Part shown: positions 51,798 to 61,647 of the stretch, in pieces | How positions within the stretch are numbered: position 1 is the stretch's first letter | How the letters are laid out: every line of letters starts with the position of its first letter | DNA from: a virus | Lineage: Duplodnaviria; Caudoviricetes | Length of the DNA: 63,331 bases | Direction: 5' to 3' (one strand) | IMG/VR virus record: IMGVR_UViG_3300028585_000024 | Location: 1-63,331 of that record | Translations under genes and position numbers: made by a program | The notes under the pieces: model-generated | Seen by the model: only the letters and a program-made list of their open reading frames with translations | Told to the model about the DNA's origin: nothing | Databases searched by the model: none

Positions 51798-53493
51798 CTT
51801 CTTCCTCCCGTTGATTTTTACCGTCGCTATTATCGCTCATCGTTTGCTGGCGGTCGTTCGCGCCTGGCTTGGTCGCTTCGGTGCCGAACTCCAGGCCCAG
51901 CGACTTCGCCAGCTTCTGCTCGCGCGCGGCCTGGCGGAAGACCTCGCGATAGTCCTCGCCGAGACGCGCAGTTTCAGTTTGACGATTCGACAGGCCGGCA
52001 TTGATCCGCATGACCGCAGCCTGGGTTTCCTTCACTTCGTCGATCTGACCACGCGATGCGCCGATCCACGAGAACGAGCAGATCGCCTCGCGCATCACCG
52101 GGTCGTAGAACATCGACTTGAATTGTGCGCGAGTCACACCGGCCGGCAGCGGCAAGTCGTTCTGCATGTAGTTGACCTCTTCCTCCAACCACAGTACCGC
52201 GATCATGGTGGCCTGCTTGTCGGAGACGATCTTCTTCCGCGACTGCATGAACTTCCAGGTCTCGGCCATGCTGGCGCGCGCGCTGGAGTAGTTGGTCTTC
52301 GTGTAGTCCTTGCTGAACTGCTCGTAGGACAGGCCCAGCGGCGATGCGATGTTCCGCAGCAGCGATTCCTCGTAGCTCGTGCCGACGCCGCCTGGCGTGC
52401 CTGCCGACTGCACCTTCAGCTTCGTGCCTGGGAACAGGTGCGGCATCTTCACGCCGTCGATGGCGATGTTGCTCGCACCCGAGACGTAGGAAGCCAGCGC
52501 CGACATATAGTCGCCCAGCGCGCCCTGGAGACCACCGCCACCGGCACCAAGCGAACTGAACACCACGTCGGTCGGCAGTTCGGATTCGACGGCCGCAGCG
52601 TAGGTTGCATTGACCACGGCGCTTTGCAGGGTGATGTCTTGGAACTTCTTCGTCATCCGCATCTGCTTGAGCACTGACACCATGTCCGAGATCCCGCGTG
52701 TCTGGTCCGGTTGCAGGCGTTCGGCGATGTGGATCACCTGGCGCCGGCCCCACGGCTTGAACGCTGCGATGCGCTTCCACAGCGGGAAGGCGTCGTACGG
52801 CCAGAAGTCGCCGGGATGGCCGCTGCGAATGTGATACGCGACCGACCGGCCATGGTGATCGAGTTCGATGCCGCGTCGGATCGTTGCGGTGTCCATGCCG
52901 CCGTTTGGATTCGAGAGGCGGGTCGGCGAGACGGTCTGGATCGCGGTGAAGAACGGACGCTCTTTACGCTCGGCCAGCCACTCGGCGGTTCCCAGCACCT
53001 CGCCGGTCAGCAGATAGCCGGTGATGCCGAGGCGGATGATCTCGGTGAACGACATATCGCCGCTGGCGTCGAACCAGTTCTCGGTCGAATTGGCGAGCAG
53101 GTTGAAGCGGGTCTCGATGTATTCCGCCCACTCGTCCGCCCACTCTTCCGTGAATTTCGGGCCGAGCACTTTGATGTTCGGCGAGCAGATCATCCGATAG
53201 CTCGCGCCCACGATGCTGTCGCGGTGCGTGTGGATCGCACCCATCGCCAGGCCGTCGTTCTGCACCGAGTCGCGTGCTCGCGCATCGGCGAGTTCCTTGA
53301 CCGGGTTGATCTGGCGATCCGGCGAAATGATCGGCGGCGCCCAAAGCATCGTCTCGCGGCTCAGTCGTTCGGCGCCCTCCAGGCCACCGCCCATCGCATT
53401 CTCGCGCGGGCCGGTGGTGACGAGCGCGGTGCCTGGCACGTCGATGATGTCAGCGCTTGCGGCGGCTGACTTGCCTTTGCGTGGGCCGGCCAT
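51790..53493 (-). CDS. portal protein (lambda family)
   Basis: ARARDSVQND, QTRGIS, DYTKTNYSSARAS motifs. Confidence 0.92.
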   Translation of the reverse strand: MAGPRKGKSAAASADIIDVPGTALVTTGPRENAMGGGLEGAERLSRETMLWAPPIISPDRQINPVKELADARARDSVQNDGLAMGAIHTHRDSIVGASYRMICSPNIKVLGPKFTEEWADEWAEYIETRFNLLANSTENWFDASGDMSFTEIIRLGITGYLLTGEVLGTAEWLAERKERPFFTAIQTVSPTRLSNPNGGMDTATIRRGIELDHHGRSVAYHIRSGHPGDFWPYDAFPLWKRIAAFKPWGRRQVIHIAERLQPDQTRGISDMVSVLKQMRMTKKFQDITLQSAVVNATYAAAVESELPTDVVFSSLGAGGGGLQGALGDYMSALASYVSGASNIAIDGVKMPHLFPGTKLKVQSAGTPGGVGTSYEESLLRNIASPLGLSYEQFSKDYTKTNYSSARASMAETWKFMQSRKKIVSDKQATMIAVLWLEEEVNYMQNDLPLPAGVTRAQFKSMFYDPVMREAICSFSWIGASRGQIDEVKETQAAVMRINAGLSNRQTETARLGEDYREVFRQAAREQKLAKSLGLEFGTEATKPGANDRQQTMSDNSDGKNQREEEDE

Positions 53494-53494
53494 G

Positions 53495-53758
53495 TCAGAA
53501 CACGAAGCCGGCAGGACGGAGCGGCACGCCGCCGCACGCTGGCGAGAACTGGCCGAGTTGAGCCTTCAGCGACATGATGTAGTTGTACAGATTGCCTTTG
53601 CTGGACGCCATGAATTCGACGCGCTCACCGTTCTGGTCGACGATAACGCGCGCGGCGCCGCCGACCTGGAGCGTGTGATACGCGGCCTGTGCTTCGGCCA
53701 ACTGCTTTTCAAGCAAGGCTCGCGCTTCAGGGGTGAGATTGGTGCAGGTTGGGTACAT
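53495..53758 (-). CDS. head-tail joining protein (gpW-like)
   Basis: AYHTLQVGG...DQNGERVEF..L.NYI..L; between terL and portal. Confidence 0.85.
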   Translation of the reverse strand: MYPTCTNLTPEARALLEKQLAEAQAAYHTLQVGGAARVIVDQNGERVEFMASSKGNLYNYIMSLKAQLGQFSPACGGVPLRPAGFVF

Positions 53759-53774
53759 TTTGGGTTCCTCGTTG

Positions 53775-55841
53775 TTAGGCCATGGCCTTCGCCATGTCGG
53801 CAAAATTCACGGCCGATTTTACAGTATTCCCATAGGGCTTCTCCTGCTCAGGGGTGCGGATAAAATCGTTGGTATTCCAGTCCGCAGCCCACGATGGCGG
53901 GTTGGCCCAATCAATCGACTCGATGCGGCAGTACCGCGACACGCAAAGACCGATGGCGTAATACGACAAGTCCCATGTTTCGTTGCGCACGTTGCCGTTA
54001 TGCTCCCAACCCTTCGGCGTGCGTGTCTCGGCGCACAGTTCGACGTACACCTGCATCGGCAACCACTCGGGCGTGCGGAACATGCCCTTGCCCGGCTCCA
54101 TGCAATTCAGGCGCGCGTCGAGGTCATCCTTCAGGATCGTCGGGTTGAAGAACAGCACCGGGATATCGCCGCGCGCGCCGGCCTTCGAGTCTTTGCGATT
54201 GCTGTCGGGGAAGTGGATGTGTGCGCGCGGTTGGCCCGGCTTACCTTCACCCTTCGTCAGCACGAATCGGTGGTGGCGGTTCATCTTCACCAGCTTGCGC
54301 CAGAAGTTGTACGCCTGGGTCGTCGCGCCGGCCTCACCCGCCGAGTCGCAGCCGGTCAACTTGATCGACATGAGACGCCCTGAGCCATCGTCCAGTGGGT
54401 ACTCGCGGTCCATCACCTGCTCGATCAGCAGATCCCAATCCTCGGCGTAGGTCGCCGGCTTGAGCGGCAGCGGGTCGCCGTCATCATCGCGCCGCGCGGA
54501 CTTCTCGATGTCGAAGCGGTCGATCAGCACCATGTCGAATGGCGCGCCAGGCATGATGCCTGTGATCTGGACTGCGAAGGAGCGGATCTGCACGTCGACG
54601 GTGGCGACGAGGAAGCGCACGCCTTCCGGCACAACATGCTTGCCCAGCATTGCCTCGGCGCCGGCCTTCAGATCTTCCGGCAGGCGAATGTCGGAGCGAG
54701 CACGGCTGTAGTACGGCTCGCCCAAGTCATTGTTGTAGAACTTCTTCAGCGACTCTTCCGTCTTCGTGCGCTCGAAGTCGTCGACCGCATCCAGGTAGGT
54801 CACGAGCAGCTTCTTCCACGACACGAACGCTGCGGCCACGCCACGCAACCAGAACGATGCGATCAGCGTGCGGATACCGCGACCGAACTTTTTGCCGCGC
54901 GCGTCGATGGCCTCGCCGTCCTTGACCCACTGGCCCCAAAGGTTCATTTCGTGGCGGTCGTCCGGGTGAATCGGCTCGGCGCATTTCGGGCATTCCATCC
55001 GCACGGTTTCGGCCACGTCCAGGTTCGAGTAGCCTGGCTTGCGGTCGTACTTCAGCATTTCAAACTTGCCCTCGAAGTAGTGGTCGCAATGCGGACAGGG
55101 CCAGTACCAGCGGCGCCGGTCGCCACGGTTGTACAGGCCGATGATGCCGTCGCATGGCGGCGCTTCGTGCGGCGTGCGCGCGATCCACTTCATGTCCTTC
55201 ACCTCGCGCGACGGCGACGACTCGGCCACACACATCGCGTTCGAGCCGAACGTGGTGGTCCGCTTATACGCCAGGTCGAATGGCTCACCGTCGCCGTCCA
55301 CGTCATCCGGCATGCGGTCACGGTCGGTCAGCACCACGCGGCCAATCGGCTTACCTGCCAGTTCGGTCGGCGTCGGCCAGGACAGCGACAGCATCATTCC
55401 GGTGTTGTACAGCTTGTCGAATTTGTTGTCGTTGTCGGCGCCCGGCAGCAGCATCTTGCCCACCTCGGGCGAGTAGCGGTTCAGGCGGTCGATCCGTCGC
55501 ATGGAGAAGTCGCGCGCCGCCGTGTTGGTGGGGCAAACGATCATCATGTCCATCGGGTCGATCTTGATCGAGTAAAGGGTCGTGTTGATGACCAGGCCAT
55601 CGGTCTTGGCCGACTGCGCAGGGCCGACAAAAATCATGCCGGTGAAGTCGGTCGACGCGAACACGTTCATCGGCTCGACCATGTATGGCGTGGTCTGGTT
55701 GAACCATGGGCCGACGTATGCGCCTGGGCTGTTGACAATGCGGTACTTGCTCGCGGCGTCGGCGACGGTGGTGCGTTCCGGTGGGCGCAGCATTTCCGCG
55801 CAGGCCAGCGCGATCTGTTCTACGGAATTAAAGTTCATCAT
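53775..55841 (-). CDS. terL: terminase large subunit (GpA family)
   Basis: TPYMVEPM, GPAQSAKT, ESSP, CPHC/CPKC, TVDVQ, RNETWD. Confidence 0.93.
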   Translation of the reverse strand: MMNFNSVEQIALACAEMLRPPERTTVADAASKYRIVNSPGAYVGPWFNQTTPYMVEPMNVFASTDFTGMIFVGPAQSAKTDGLVINTTLYSIKIDPMDMMIVCPTNTAARDFSMRRIDRLNRYSPEVGKMLLPGADNDNKFDKLYNTGMMLSLSWPTPTELAGKPIGRVVLTDRDRMPDDVDGDGEPFDLAYKRTTTFGSNAMCVAESSPSREVKDMKWIARTPHEAPPCDGIIGLYNRGDRRRWYWPCPHCDHYFEGKFEMLKYDRKPGYSNLDVAETVRMECPKCAEPIHPDDRHEMNLWGQWVKDGEAIDARGKKFGRGIRTLIASFWLRGVAAAFVSWKKLLVTYLDAVDDFERTKTEESLKKFYNNDLGEPYYSRARSDIRLPEDLKAGAEAMLGKHVVPEGVRFLVATVDVQIRSFAVQITGIMPGAPFDMVLIDRFDIEKSARRDDDGDPLPLKPATYAEDWDLLIEQVMDREYPLDDGSGRLMSIKLTGCDSAGEAGATTQAYNFWRKLVKMNRHHRFVLTKGEGKPGQPRAHIHFPDSNRKDSKAGARGDIPVLFFNPTILKDDLDARLNCMEPGKGMFRTPEWLPMQVYVELCAETRTPKGWEHNGNVRNETWDLSYYAIGLCVSRYCRIESIDWANPPSWAADWNTNDFIRTPEQEKPYGNTVKSAVNFADMAKAMA

Positions 55842-56424
55842 CGTCCCCCTTCACTTCAGCGATCATCATTTCGGACTCTTCGATCACGTCCATGTTCGTC
55901 GGATGCGTCGAGAAGGCTTCGAGGATTGTGCGGTACGCCTCTTCCAGCATGCCGTCGGCTTGCGACTTCACGATCTGCCGCTGGCGGTCGCTCAATTCAG
56001 CCTGTCGATCCACCTGGTCGCTCATCAGGCGTGCGCTCATTTTAATCAGCTTCATGATGCCGCCCATGACCTCGACCACGCGCGTAGTAGGCCACAGGTT
56101 GCCTTCTCTCTGCTCGTATTCCTGGCGTGACCGCAGGCCGGCCCAAAACTCTTTCGTCAGGTGCTTCGGCAGATCGTTGTGGTGCATCCGCTTGATGTAT
56201 TCCTCGATCTCGTAGGCCGGCTTCACGATGTACGGCGCCACCTCGTTCACCGCGTAGATGTCGACGCCGTTGCGAGTACCGCATGGCTTGCATCCACCTT
56301 TCGTCAGCTTCTCGACCAGGACGCGGTGATCCATGCGGAACAGCGAGCCGAGTTGCGACAGGTTTGCTCCGTCGTACAAGATCGCCTTGGTGATGTCGTC
56401 AGTTTGTTCAGTTCGTTTTGCCAT
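55828..56424 (-). CDS. terS: terminase small subunit (DUF1441-like; ends GDDDEL)
   Basis: N-terminal HTH; LPKHLTKEFW; overlaps the terL start. Confidence 0.8.
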   Translation of the reverse strand: MAKRTEQTDDITKAILYDGANLSQLGSLFRMDHRVLVEKLTKGGCKPCGTRNGVDIYAVNEVAPYIVKPAYEIEEYIKRMHHNDLPKHLTKEFWAGLRSRQEYEQREGNLWPTTRVVEVMGGIMKLIKMSARLMSDQVDRQAELSDRQRQIVKSQADGMLEEAYRTILEAFSTHPTNMDVIEESEMMIAEVKGDDDEL

Positions 56425-56632
56425 TGATTCGCTCGTCGATAAGTCGTGTGAGGGCGCGGCCCGACAGCATGCCGATGACCTCGATGTGGTTCTGGTGGTA
56501 GGGTTGGAGCGGGCGGCTGCAATTGCGATACGCCGCGTAGGTGGAATATGCGATGCCGAGAACTCGGCACGCGAGCGGTGGATCGAGACCGATCATGGCC
56601 TCGAAGTCCACCAGGGTTGTCAATTCGTTCAT
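56408..56632 (-). CDS. small HTH protein upstream of terminase
   Basis: ACRVLGIAYSTYAAY HTH-like. Confidence 0.65.
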   Translation of the reverse strand: MNELTTLVDFEAMIGLDPPLACRVLGIAYSTYAAYRNCSRPLQPYHQNHIEVIGMLSGRALTRLIDERINGKTN

Positions 56633-56698
56633 CGTATCCCGCGCTATCCATTGAATAGTTCGGGATACTACAGCAGGATCGTTAAAATCCCCGGCTTG

Positions 56699-58429
56699 TC
56701 AAAGTTCGTCTTCGTCCTCGTCGTCCGACACCGCGCTCGTATCGGACAGAATCTCGACCACGGCGTCCCACTCGGCATCGCCAGGCTTCGCGGCCTTGCG
56801 GTTCTTGAGCAGCTTGCGCAGCTTCTTCCGCATCCGCTTGAGCAGGCGGAACAGCATGTCTTGCGCGTCGTCCTTCGCCAGCAGCGCCTTCACCACCACC
56901 TCGTCGAGCGTGTCGGCGCACACGATAGAGAACACGGTGACGCGGTGCTTCTGACCCTGGCGCGCGAGCCGGCCGATAAACTGTTTATACAGTTCCAGCG
57001 ACCATGGAATGTCGTACCACACAACGATGTGTCCGCCCACTTGCAGGTTCAGGCCATGACCGCCCGACTTCGGGTGCATGGCGAGGATCGGGATCTTCCC
57101 CTTATTCCATGGCTTCACGCACTTGCCGTCAGCGTCCATGAACGTGATCTTGTCGCCGTAGCGATTCTTCAGGCGGTCCTTCGACGAGCGGTGGCTGTAG
57201 CCGACCAGGATCGGCTTGCCTTGCGCCTCTTCGATGATCTGGTCCAGCATTTCCAATTTATGCGTGTGGATCGGGTGGACTTTCTTGATCTTGACAAAAT
57301 CGTCGTCCTCGCTCTGCCCTGGCTTCAGTTCGGTCTCGTACAGGACACCGGATGCCATTTGCAGCAGCTTCGCCGACAGGGCCGCAGCGGTATCGGCCGT
57401 GACCTCGCTGCCGTCGTCGAGCGTCACCACCATGTCCTGCTCCATCTTCATGTACAGGGCGCGCTGGGCCTCGTTCATGCGGACCTCGCGCGTCACGTAG
57501 ACAGGTGGTACGCGCGGCAGATAGTCCTCTTCCTTCATGACCAGGCAGATGTCGGAGATCTTCGCCACGATCTCTTTCTCGGCATCGGGTCGCAGATCCC
57601 ATTTGCGGCTGTACTTGTTCTCTGTGAAGTATTTGCCCCGGTACGCGGTGATGTTGCGGCCAAGCCGCGCGCCGCGATCCAGCAGGTAGATCTGAGGGAA
57701 CAAGTGAATGTAGCTTTCCGCTGCCGGTGTCGCCGTGAGCAGGTGCATGCGCGTGATGGCGCCGGGCGTGTCGCGAACGGCTTGCAGCGCTTTGAAGCGC
57801 CCCGATTCATGGTTCTTGAACTGGCTCGACTCGTCGATGATGACGGTGCGGTACGGCCACTTCCGCCCCGACTTCGGATGCCAGTACTGAACGATCCACT
57901 CAATCCAGTCGCTGCTGATGACGTGAACAGACGCGCTGTTCAGTGTTCCCTCGACGCGGATCTTCTCGCGTTCAGCGGCCACCTCTGCCGTAGCGCCCCG
58001 CTGCGCGTCTTTCGCCTTCTCGGACTGGAACAGACCCGAACTATTGGCGCGCGCGGCTTCGCGGCCCCTTCTCGCGGCTTCCTTGAGGCGCGGATCATCC
58101 TCGTCGACGTGGATAATCGAGAGATTCAGGTGCGCCAGGTGGTTCCACTTCCTGAATTCGTCCGGCCAGGTCTGTGTGGCGACGCGCAGCGGCCCGATGA
58201 TGAGCACCTTGCCGTCGTGATCCAGGTCCGCCAACAGATCCGCGATCAGCGTCGCCGACGTGACCGTCTTACCCAGGCCCATGTCGATGAACAGCGCCGA
58301 GAACGGATTTTTCTTCATGAACTCCAGGCCGGTGTTCTGGTATCCGTGCATCTGCTCGCGGTGCAGTTCGACCTCGCTGAATTTCCCCTTCAGCCATGCG
58401 GCAATTTCTCTCGCAATCATTTTTGTCAT
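56699..58429 (-). CDS. SNF2-family helicase (ends EDEDEL)
   Basis: DMGLGKT, IIDES, LTATP, GHGLNLQ, QFIGRLARQGQ. Confidence 0.92.
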   Translation of the reverse strand: MTKMIAREIAAWLKGKFSEVELHREQMHGYQNTGLEFMKKNPFSALFIDMGLGKTVTSATLIADLLADLDHDGKVLIIGPLRVATQTWPDEFRKWNHLAHLNLSIIHVDEDDPRLKEAARRGREAARANSSGLFQSEKAKDAQRGATAEVAAEREKIRVEGTLNSASVHVISSDWIEWIVQYWHPKSGRKWPYRTVIIDESSQFKNHESGRFKALQAVRDTPGAITRMHLLTATPAAESYIHLFPQIYLLDRGARLGRNITAYRGKYFTENKYSRKWDLRPDAEKEIVAKISDICLVMKEEDYLPRVPPVYVTREVRMNEAQRALYMKMEQDMVVTLDDGSEVTADTAAALSAKLLQMASGVLYETELKPGQSEDDDFVKIKKVHPIHTHKLEMLDQIIEEAQGKPILVGYSHRSSKDRLKNRYGDKITFMDADGKCVKPWNKGKIPILAMHPKSGGHGLNLQVGGHIVVWYDIPWSLELYKQFIGRLARQGQKHRVTVFSIVCADTLDEVVVKALLAKDDAQDMLFRLLKRMRKKLRKLLKNRKAAKPGDAEWDAVVEILSDTSAVSDDEDEDEL

Positions 58430-58713
58430 CGCATCAACTCCATAAATTCTTCCATGTTATCCATTACGTAGACCTCGGCGCCGTGCTCACGCATTTCACG
58501 GATGCGGACCACCTGGATCGCCGACAGGCCAGTCTCGCCGCGTCCCGGCCGCTTCCACTCGATCCACACGTAGCGGCCACGGCGCAGGTACATGCGATCC
58601 GGCAGGCCGTTGAACGTCGGCGATTCCACCTTGAACGTGAACCAGCCGCGACGCTCTGCATATTTGTGCGCCTCACTGGTGTTATGGCTTTCCAGCTTCG
58701 GCTTAATCATCAT
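58426..58713 (-). CDS. VRR-NUC domain nuclease
   Basis: GLPDRMYL, WIEWKRPG, LSAIQ. Confidence 0.85.
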   Translation of the reverse strand: MMIKPKLESHNTSEAHKYAERRGWFTFKVESPTFNGLPDRMYLRRGRYVWIEWKRPGRGETGLSAIQVVRIREMREHGAEVYVMDNMEEFMELMR

Positions 58714-60895
58714 CGTCGTCCTCCGCGTCGACGTATCCGCGTTCTTCCTGGCACACCTTGCAGAAACGCATGTCGTGTGGGACGTGGTTCAGTTCTTCCC
58801 ACGGCTCGCGGACGTTCTTCGCAGCTTTGCCGCACAGCGACAAGTTCGTCTGGAGGTCGATGACGTGCGCGGTCTTCTGCTTTGGCAGCACGGCGGCACG
58901 GTAGCCCTGCCGGCCTTCCAGCTTAGGATTCTTGGTGCGCAGGCCGATGTCGTCGAGCCGCGCATAGGCTTCGCGCACATACCACTGATGATCCACGTCG
59001 TCGGGGAATTCTTCAGGCAGATCCATGCACGGCACAGCGCCAGTGGTGCCGGCCACGCGCGCGCCGTTAGCCTTCGCGATGAAGCCGGTTGCACCTTCGC
59101 CGTAATACCAGCGCACCATCTTGCCCAGGTACTCGCCGTCCTTGTATCCGCCCGCTTTCTTCGTGCCGTCGCCCAAGGTGGACAGGCCCACCTGTTTGAC
59201 GCCGAGGAATTGCGTGATGTCCTCGCAGGCGTAGATCGTCGACTCGATGTCGGTGCCATGGAGCAGGTATTCGATCACGGCGGTCGAGCAAATATCGAAA
59301 GTTGGATCATGCTTCGCTTGCAGGCCGGCCTTCGCGAATACGCCCTTGCGCTTCACCTCGGGAATGCCATCGACGATCTTGATCTCGCCCGGCACCTTGT
59401 CGTCCTCGACCACGGCGAGATAGCTGTTCACGTCGCGGTTGTACACACCCAGGTAGCGCACGGCTTCGGTCGAGAATGAGGTCGCCATTTCCCAATCGAA
59501 CACGATGCTGGCAAACAGACCGTATCGCTCGCGCGGGATCACCGTGACGATGCCGTCAGTGTTGGCCGAGATCACGTTGAACTTGTTCAGGTGCAGTTCC
59601 TCGATCAGCATCAGCAGCGAGAACTGGCCGGTCATCGTGGTCGCGATCATCATCTGCGGCGCGTACACAATGGAGTACGGCGAGCCGAGTTTTCCGTACA
59701 GGCCGTTATTCACAATCTTGAAAGTGTCGGAGCGCTTTTTGTAGACCATGGATTTTTCCATGGCGCCGGCTTTCTTCAGCGTTGCCGCCTGGGCCTTGTA
59801 CACGTCGCGCAGATCCACGAAGCGTTGGAAAATCGGCACGAACTGCTTGCCGACCGCGACAGGCGCATAGCCTGAACCGAGCATGATGCGCGGGTAGTAC
59901 GCTCGCACGTCTCGATCCTCAATCAGATTGTCCTCGTCGGCGATGTACGACCGGCGCTTCTCTTGCGAGTGCAGCCCGCCGATGCCCAACTTGTAATCGG
60001 TGAAGCCGATGCGCAGATCCGCGTTAAGATCCTTGATCGCTTGCGGCAATCGAACGACGCCGTAGTTTTTCTTACCCTTCTTCGCGCCTGGTGGATCTGG
60101 TTCACCGCTCACGAAGAAGCGCGTTGCGAGCACGACTTCGAGCGCTTTCTGGAGCAGCGGCGTTTTGAACTTGATGAACGGTGGCGGCGTGTACTTGAAC
60201 GAGAAAGTCTTTACCTCGGGCTTGTCCGGCTTGTATCCGGTGGCCTTCTCAACCTCGTGCGCCAGCAGGGTCTCGGCGATCTGCGCATCGGACTTCGAGC
60301 GCACGTCGATGTTGTACTCGGCACTGATCTCGTTGCGAATGTCGATCTCTTCGTCCAGGTTCTTGACCAGGGCGGCGGTCGTGTCCAGGTCGTTGCCGAG
60401 GTACTGGCGCATCAGTGGCCGGCGCGCGGCGCCGATCAGTTCGCTCGGGTCAATCGGCAATTCTTGGAGCTTCGGCATGTTCATGCGCGCACCGTACTTC
60501 TTTAGCGACAGCTTCACGCCTGGCGCCACTTCGATCAGGTCAACGTGGTCGATGTACGGCGGCAGCGACACGCCATATTTGTCGTAGAACTTCCATGCTC
60601 GCGTGCCGAACTGGATGATGTCGTCGCTCGCTTCCTTCAGCTTATTGTTGCTGGCCCCGGCCATCGCCAGCGCGATCATTGGCATGTCGTAGCCGTTGCC
60701 GTTGAACGTGTAGATGCGGAATTTGCGGAACGCTTTGGCGATGCGCGCGGTGTCCAGCGGCAGGCCGTCATACTTCTCGATGATGAGTTTCTTTCCGGTT
60801 TCGAGGTTCATGAAACCGATGCTCCAGTAGTCACGATAGCACTCGGTATCGCACACCGCCTCGGGCCGCTTTTCGCGGTAGTCTTTTTTCGCCAT
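58703..60895 (-). CDS. DNA polymerase, family B type (NTDG), with 3'-5' exonuclease
   Basis: DTE, FNGNGYD, YLGND exonuclease motifs; DVRAYYP, KIVNNGLYGK, SANTDG polymerase motifs. Confidence 0.88.
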   Translation of the reverse strand: MAKKDYREKRPEAVCDTECYRDYWSIGFMNLETGKKLIIEKYDGLPLDTARIAKAFRKFRIYTFNGNGYDMPMIALAMAGASNNKLKEASDDIIQFGTRAWKFYDKYGVSLPPYIDHVDLIEVAPGVKLSLKKYGARMNMPKLQELPIDPSELIGAARRPLMRQYLGNDLDTTAALVKNLDEEIDIRNEISAEYNIDVRSKSDAQIAETLLAHEVEKATGYKPDKPEVKTFSFKYTPPPFIKFKTPLLQKALEVVLATRFFVSGEPDPPGAKKGKKNYGVVRLPQAIKDLNADLRIGFTDYKLGIGGLHSQEKRRSYIADEDNLIEDRDVRAYYPRIMLGSGYAPVAVGKQFVPIFQRFVDLRDVYKAQAATLKKAGAMEKSMVYKKRSDTFKIVNNGLYGKLGSPYSIVYAPQMMIATTMTGQFSLLMLIEELHLNKFNVISANTDGIVTVIPRERYGLFASIVFDWEMATSFSTEAVRYLGVYNRDVNSYLAVVEDDKVPGEIKIVDGIPEVKRKGVFAKAGLQAKHDPTFDICSTAVIEYLLHGTDIESTIYACEDITQFLGVKQVGLSTLGDGTKKAGGYKDGEYLGKMVRWYYGEGATGFIAKANGARVAGTTGAVPCMDLPEEFPDDVDHQWYVREAYARLDDIGLRTKNPKLEGRQGYRAAVLPKQKTAHVIDLQTNLSLCGKAAKNVREPWEELNHVPHDMRFCKVCQEERGYVDAEDDDDD

Positions 60896-60911
60896 GGGTT
60901 TTCCGGTCTAT

Positions 60912-60948
60912 AAACGAAACAACGCCGCAGGTTGTAAGTCTGCGGCGT
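60912..60948 (-). terminator. terminator/attenuator after the SSB-like gene
   Basis: ACGCCGCAG..CTGCGGCGT stem followed by TGTTTCGTTT. Confidence 0.7.
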
Positions 60949-60966
60949 CGCGGGTACTGCTAGGTG

Positions 60967-61614
60967 TTACAGGTCGTCTTCGTCACCGTCGTCGTCACCG
61001 GCATCGGGATCGGCAACATCGTCCCATGCGCCGGAATCGTCGATGCGACCTTGACCGAACGCCTTGTCGTCTTTGGAGAACAGAGCGCCGACCAAGCCGG
61101 CATTGATGCGCTTGCCGTGCTCATTGTTCTGCACCCATGGGCGAATCAGCATGTGGCCCCAGGCGCCACCGTAAAAGAGTTCGGTGATCTTTTCGAGGTC
61201 GTCGACCGGATCGAGCTTCTTACCTTGCTTGTCGCGCAGCGAAGGACGATTCGTCTCACGAGCGTTGACGAAGTACATGCCGGCGTAGGTGTTCTCGGTC
61301 TTCGCATCATCATCATCGTCGTCCATGCCCGAATTGGCATCGCCATCGCGAAGGAATTTCATGTTCGATGCGACGGTGATTTTCGCGTCTGCCGCCAATT
61401 GCTTCATGACTTTCGCGATGGCGACCTTCGCCTCTTCGTGAGTCTCTTTCGGCATGAGGCCGGTCAGGCTGAACTTCGGCACACCCTTGTCCGTTTCCTT
61501 CTTCCATGCCTTGTCGACGTGAGGGTAGGAGAACCGAACATTGTCGATGCGGATCACGCCTTCGTTGTAGATGACGTAATTTTTACCGCGCGATTTAACA
61601 GTCAATGCAGCCAT
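60967..61614 (-). CDS. DUF2815-type single-stranded DNA-binding protein (ends DEDDL)
   Basis: VRFSYPH, LRDGD, FYGG, acidic tail. Confidence 0.85.
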   Translation of the reverse strand: MAALTVKSRGKNYVIYNEGVIRIDNVRFSYPHVDKAWKKETDKGVPKFSLTGLMPKETHEEAKVAIAKVMKQLAADAKITVASNMKFLRDGDANSGMDDDDDDAKTENTYAGMYFVNARETNRPSLRDKQGKKLDPVDDLEKITELFYGGAWGHMLIRPWVQNNEHGKRINAGLVGALFSKDDKAFGQGRIDDSGAWDDVADPDAGDDDGDEDDL

Positions 61615-61647
61615 GTCTATTTCCTTAAAATTTTCAGATAAATGAAT

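Noticed and set aside
56660-56705. TTGACA upstream of the HTH/terS genes as a late sigma70 promoter
   Set aside because: No -10 at 16-18 bp spacing, and only a half dyad is present.
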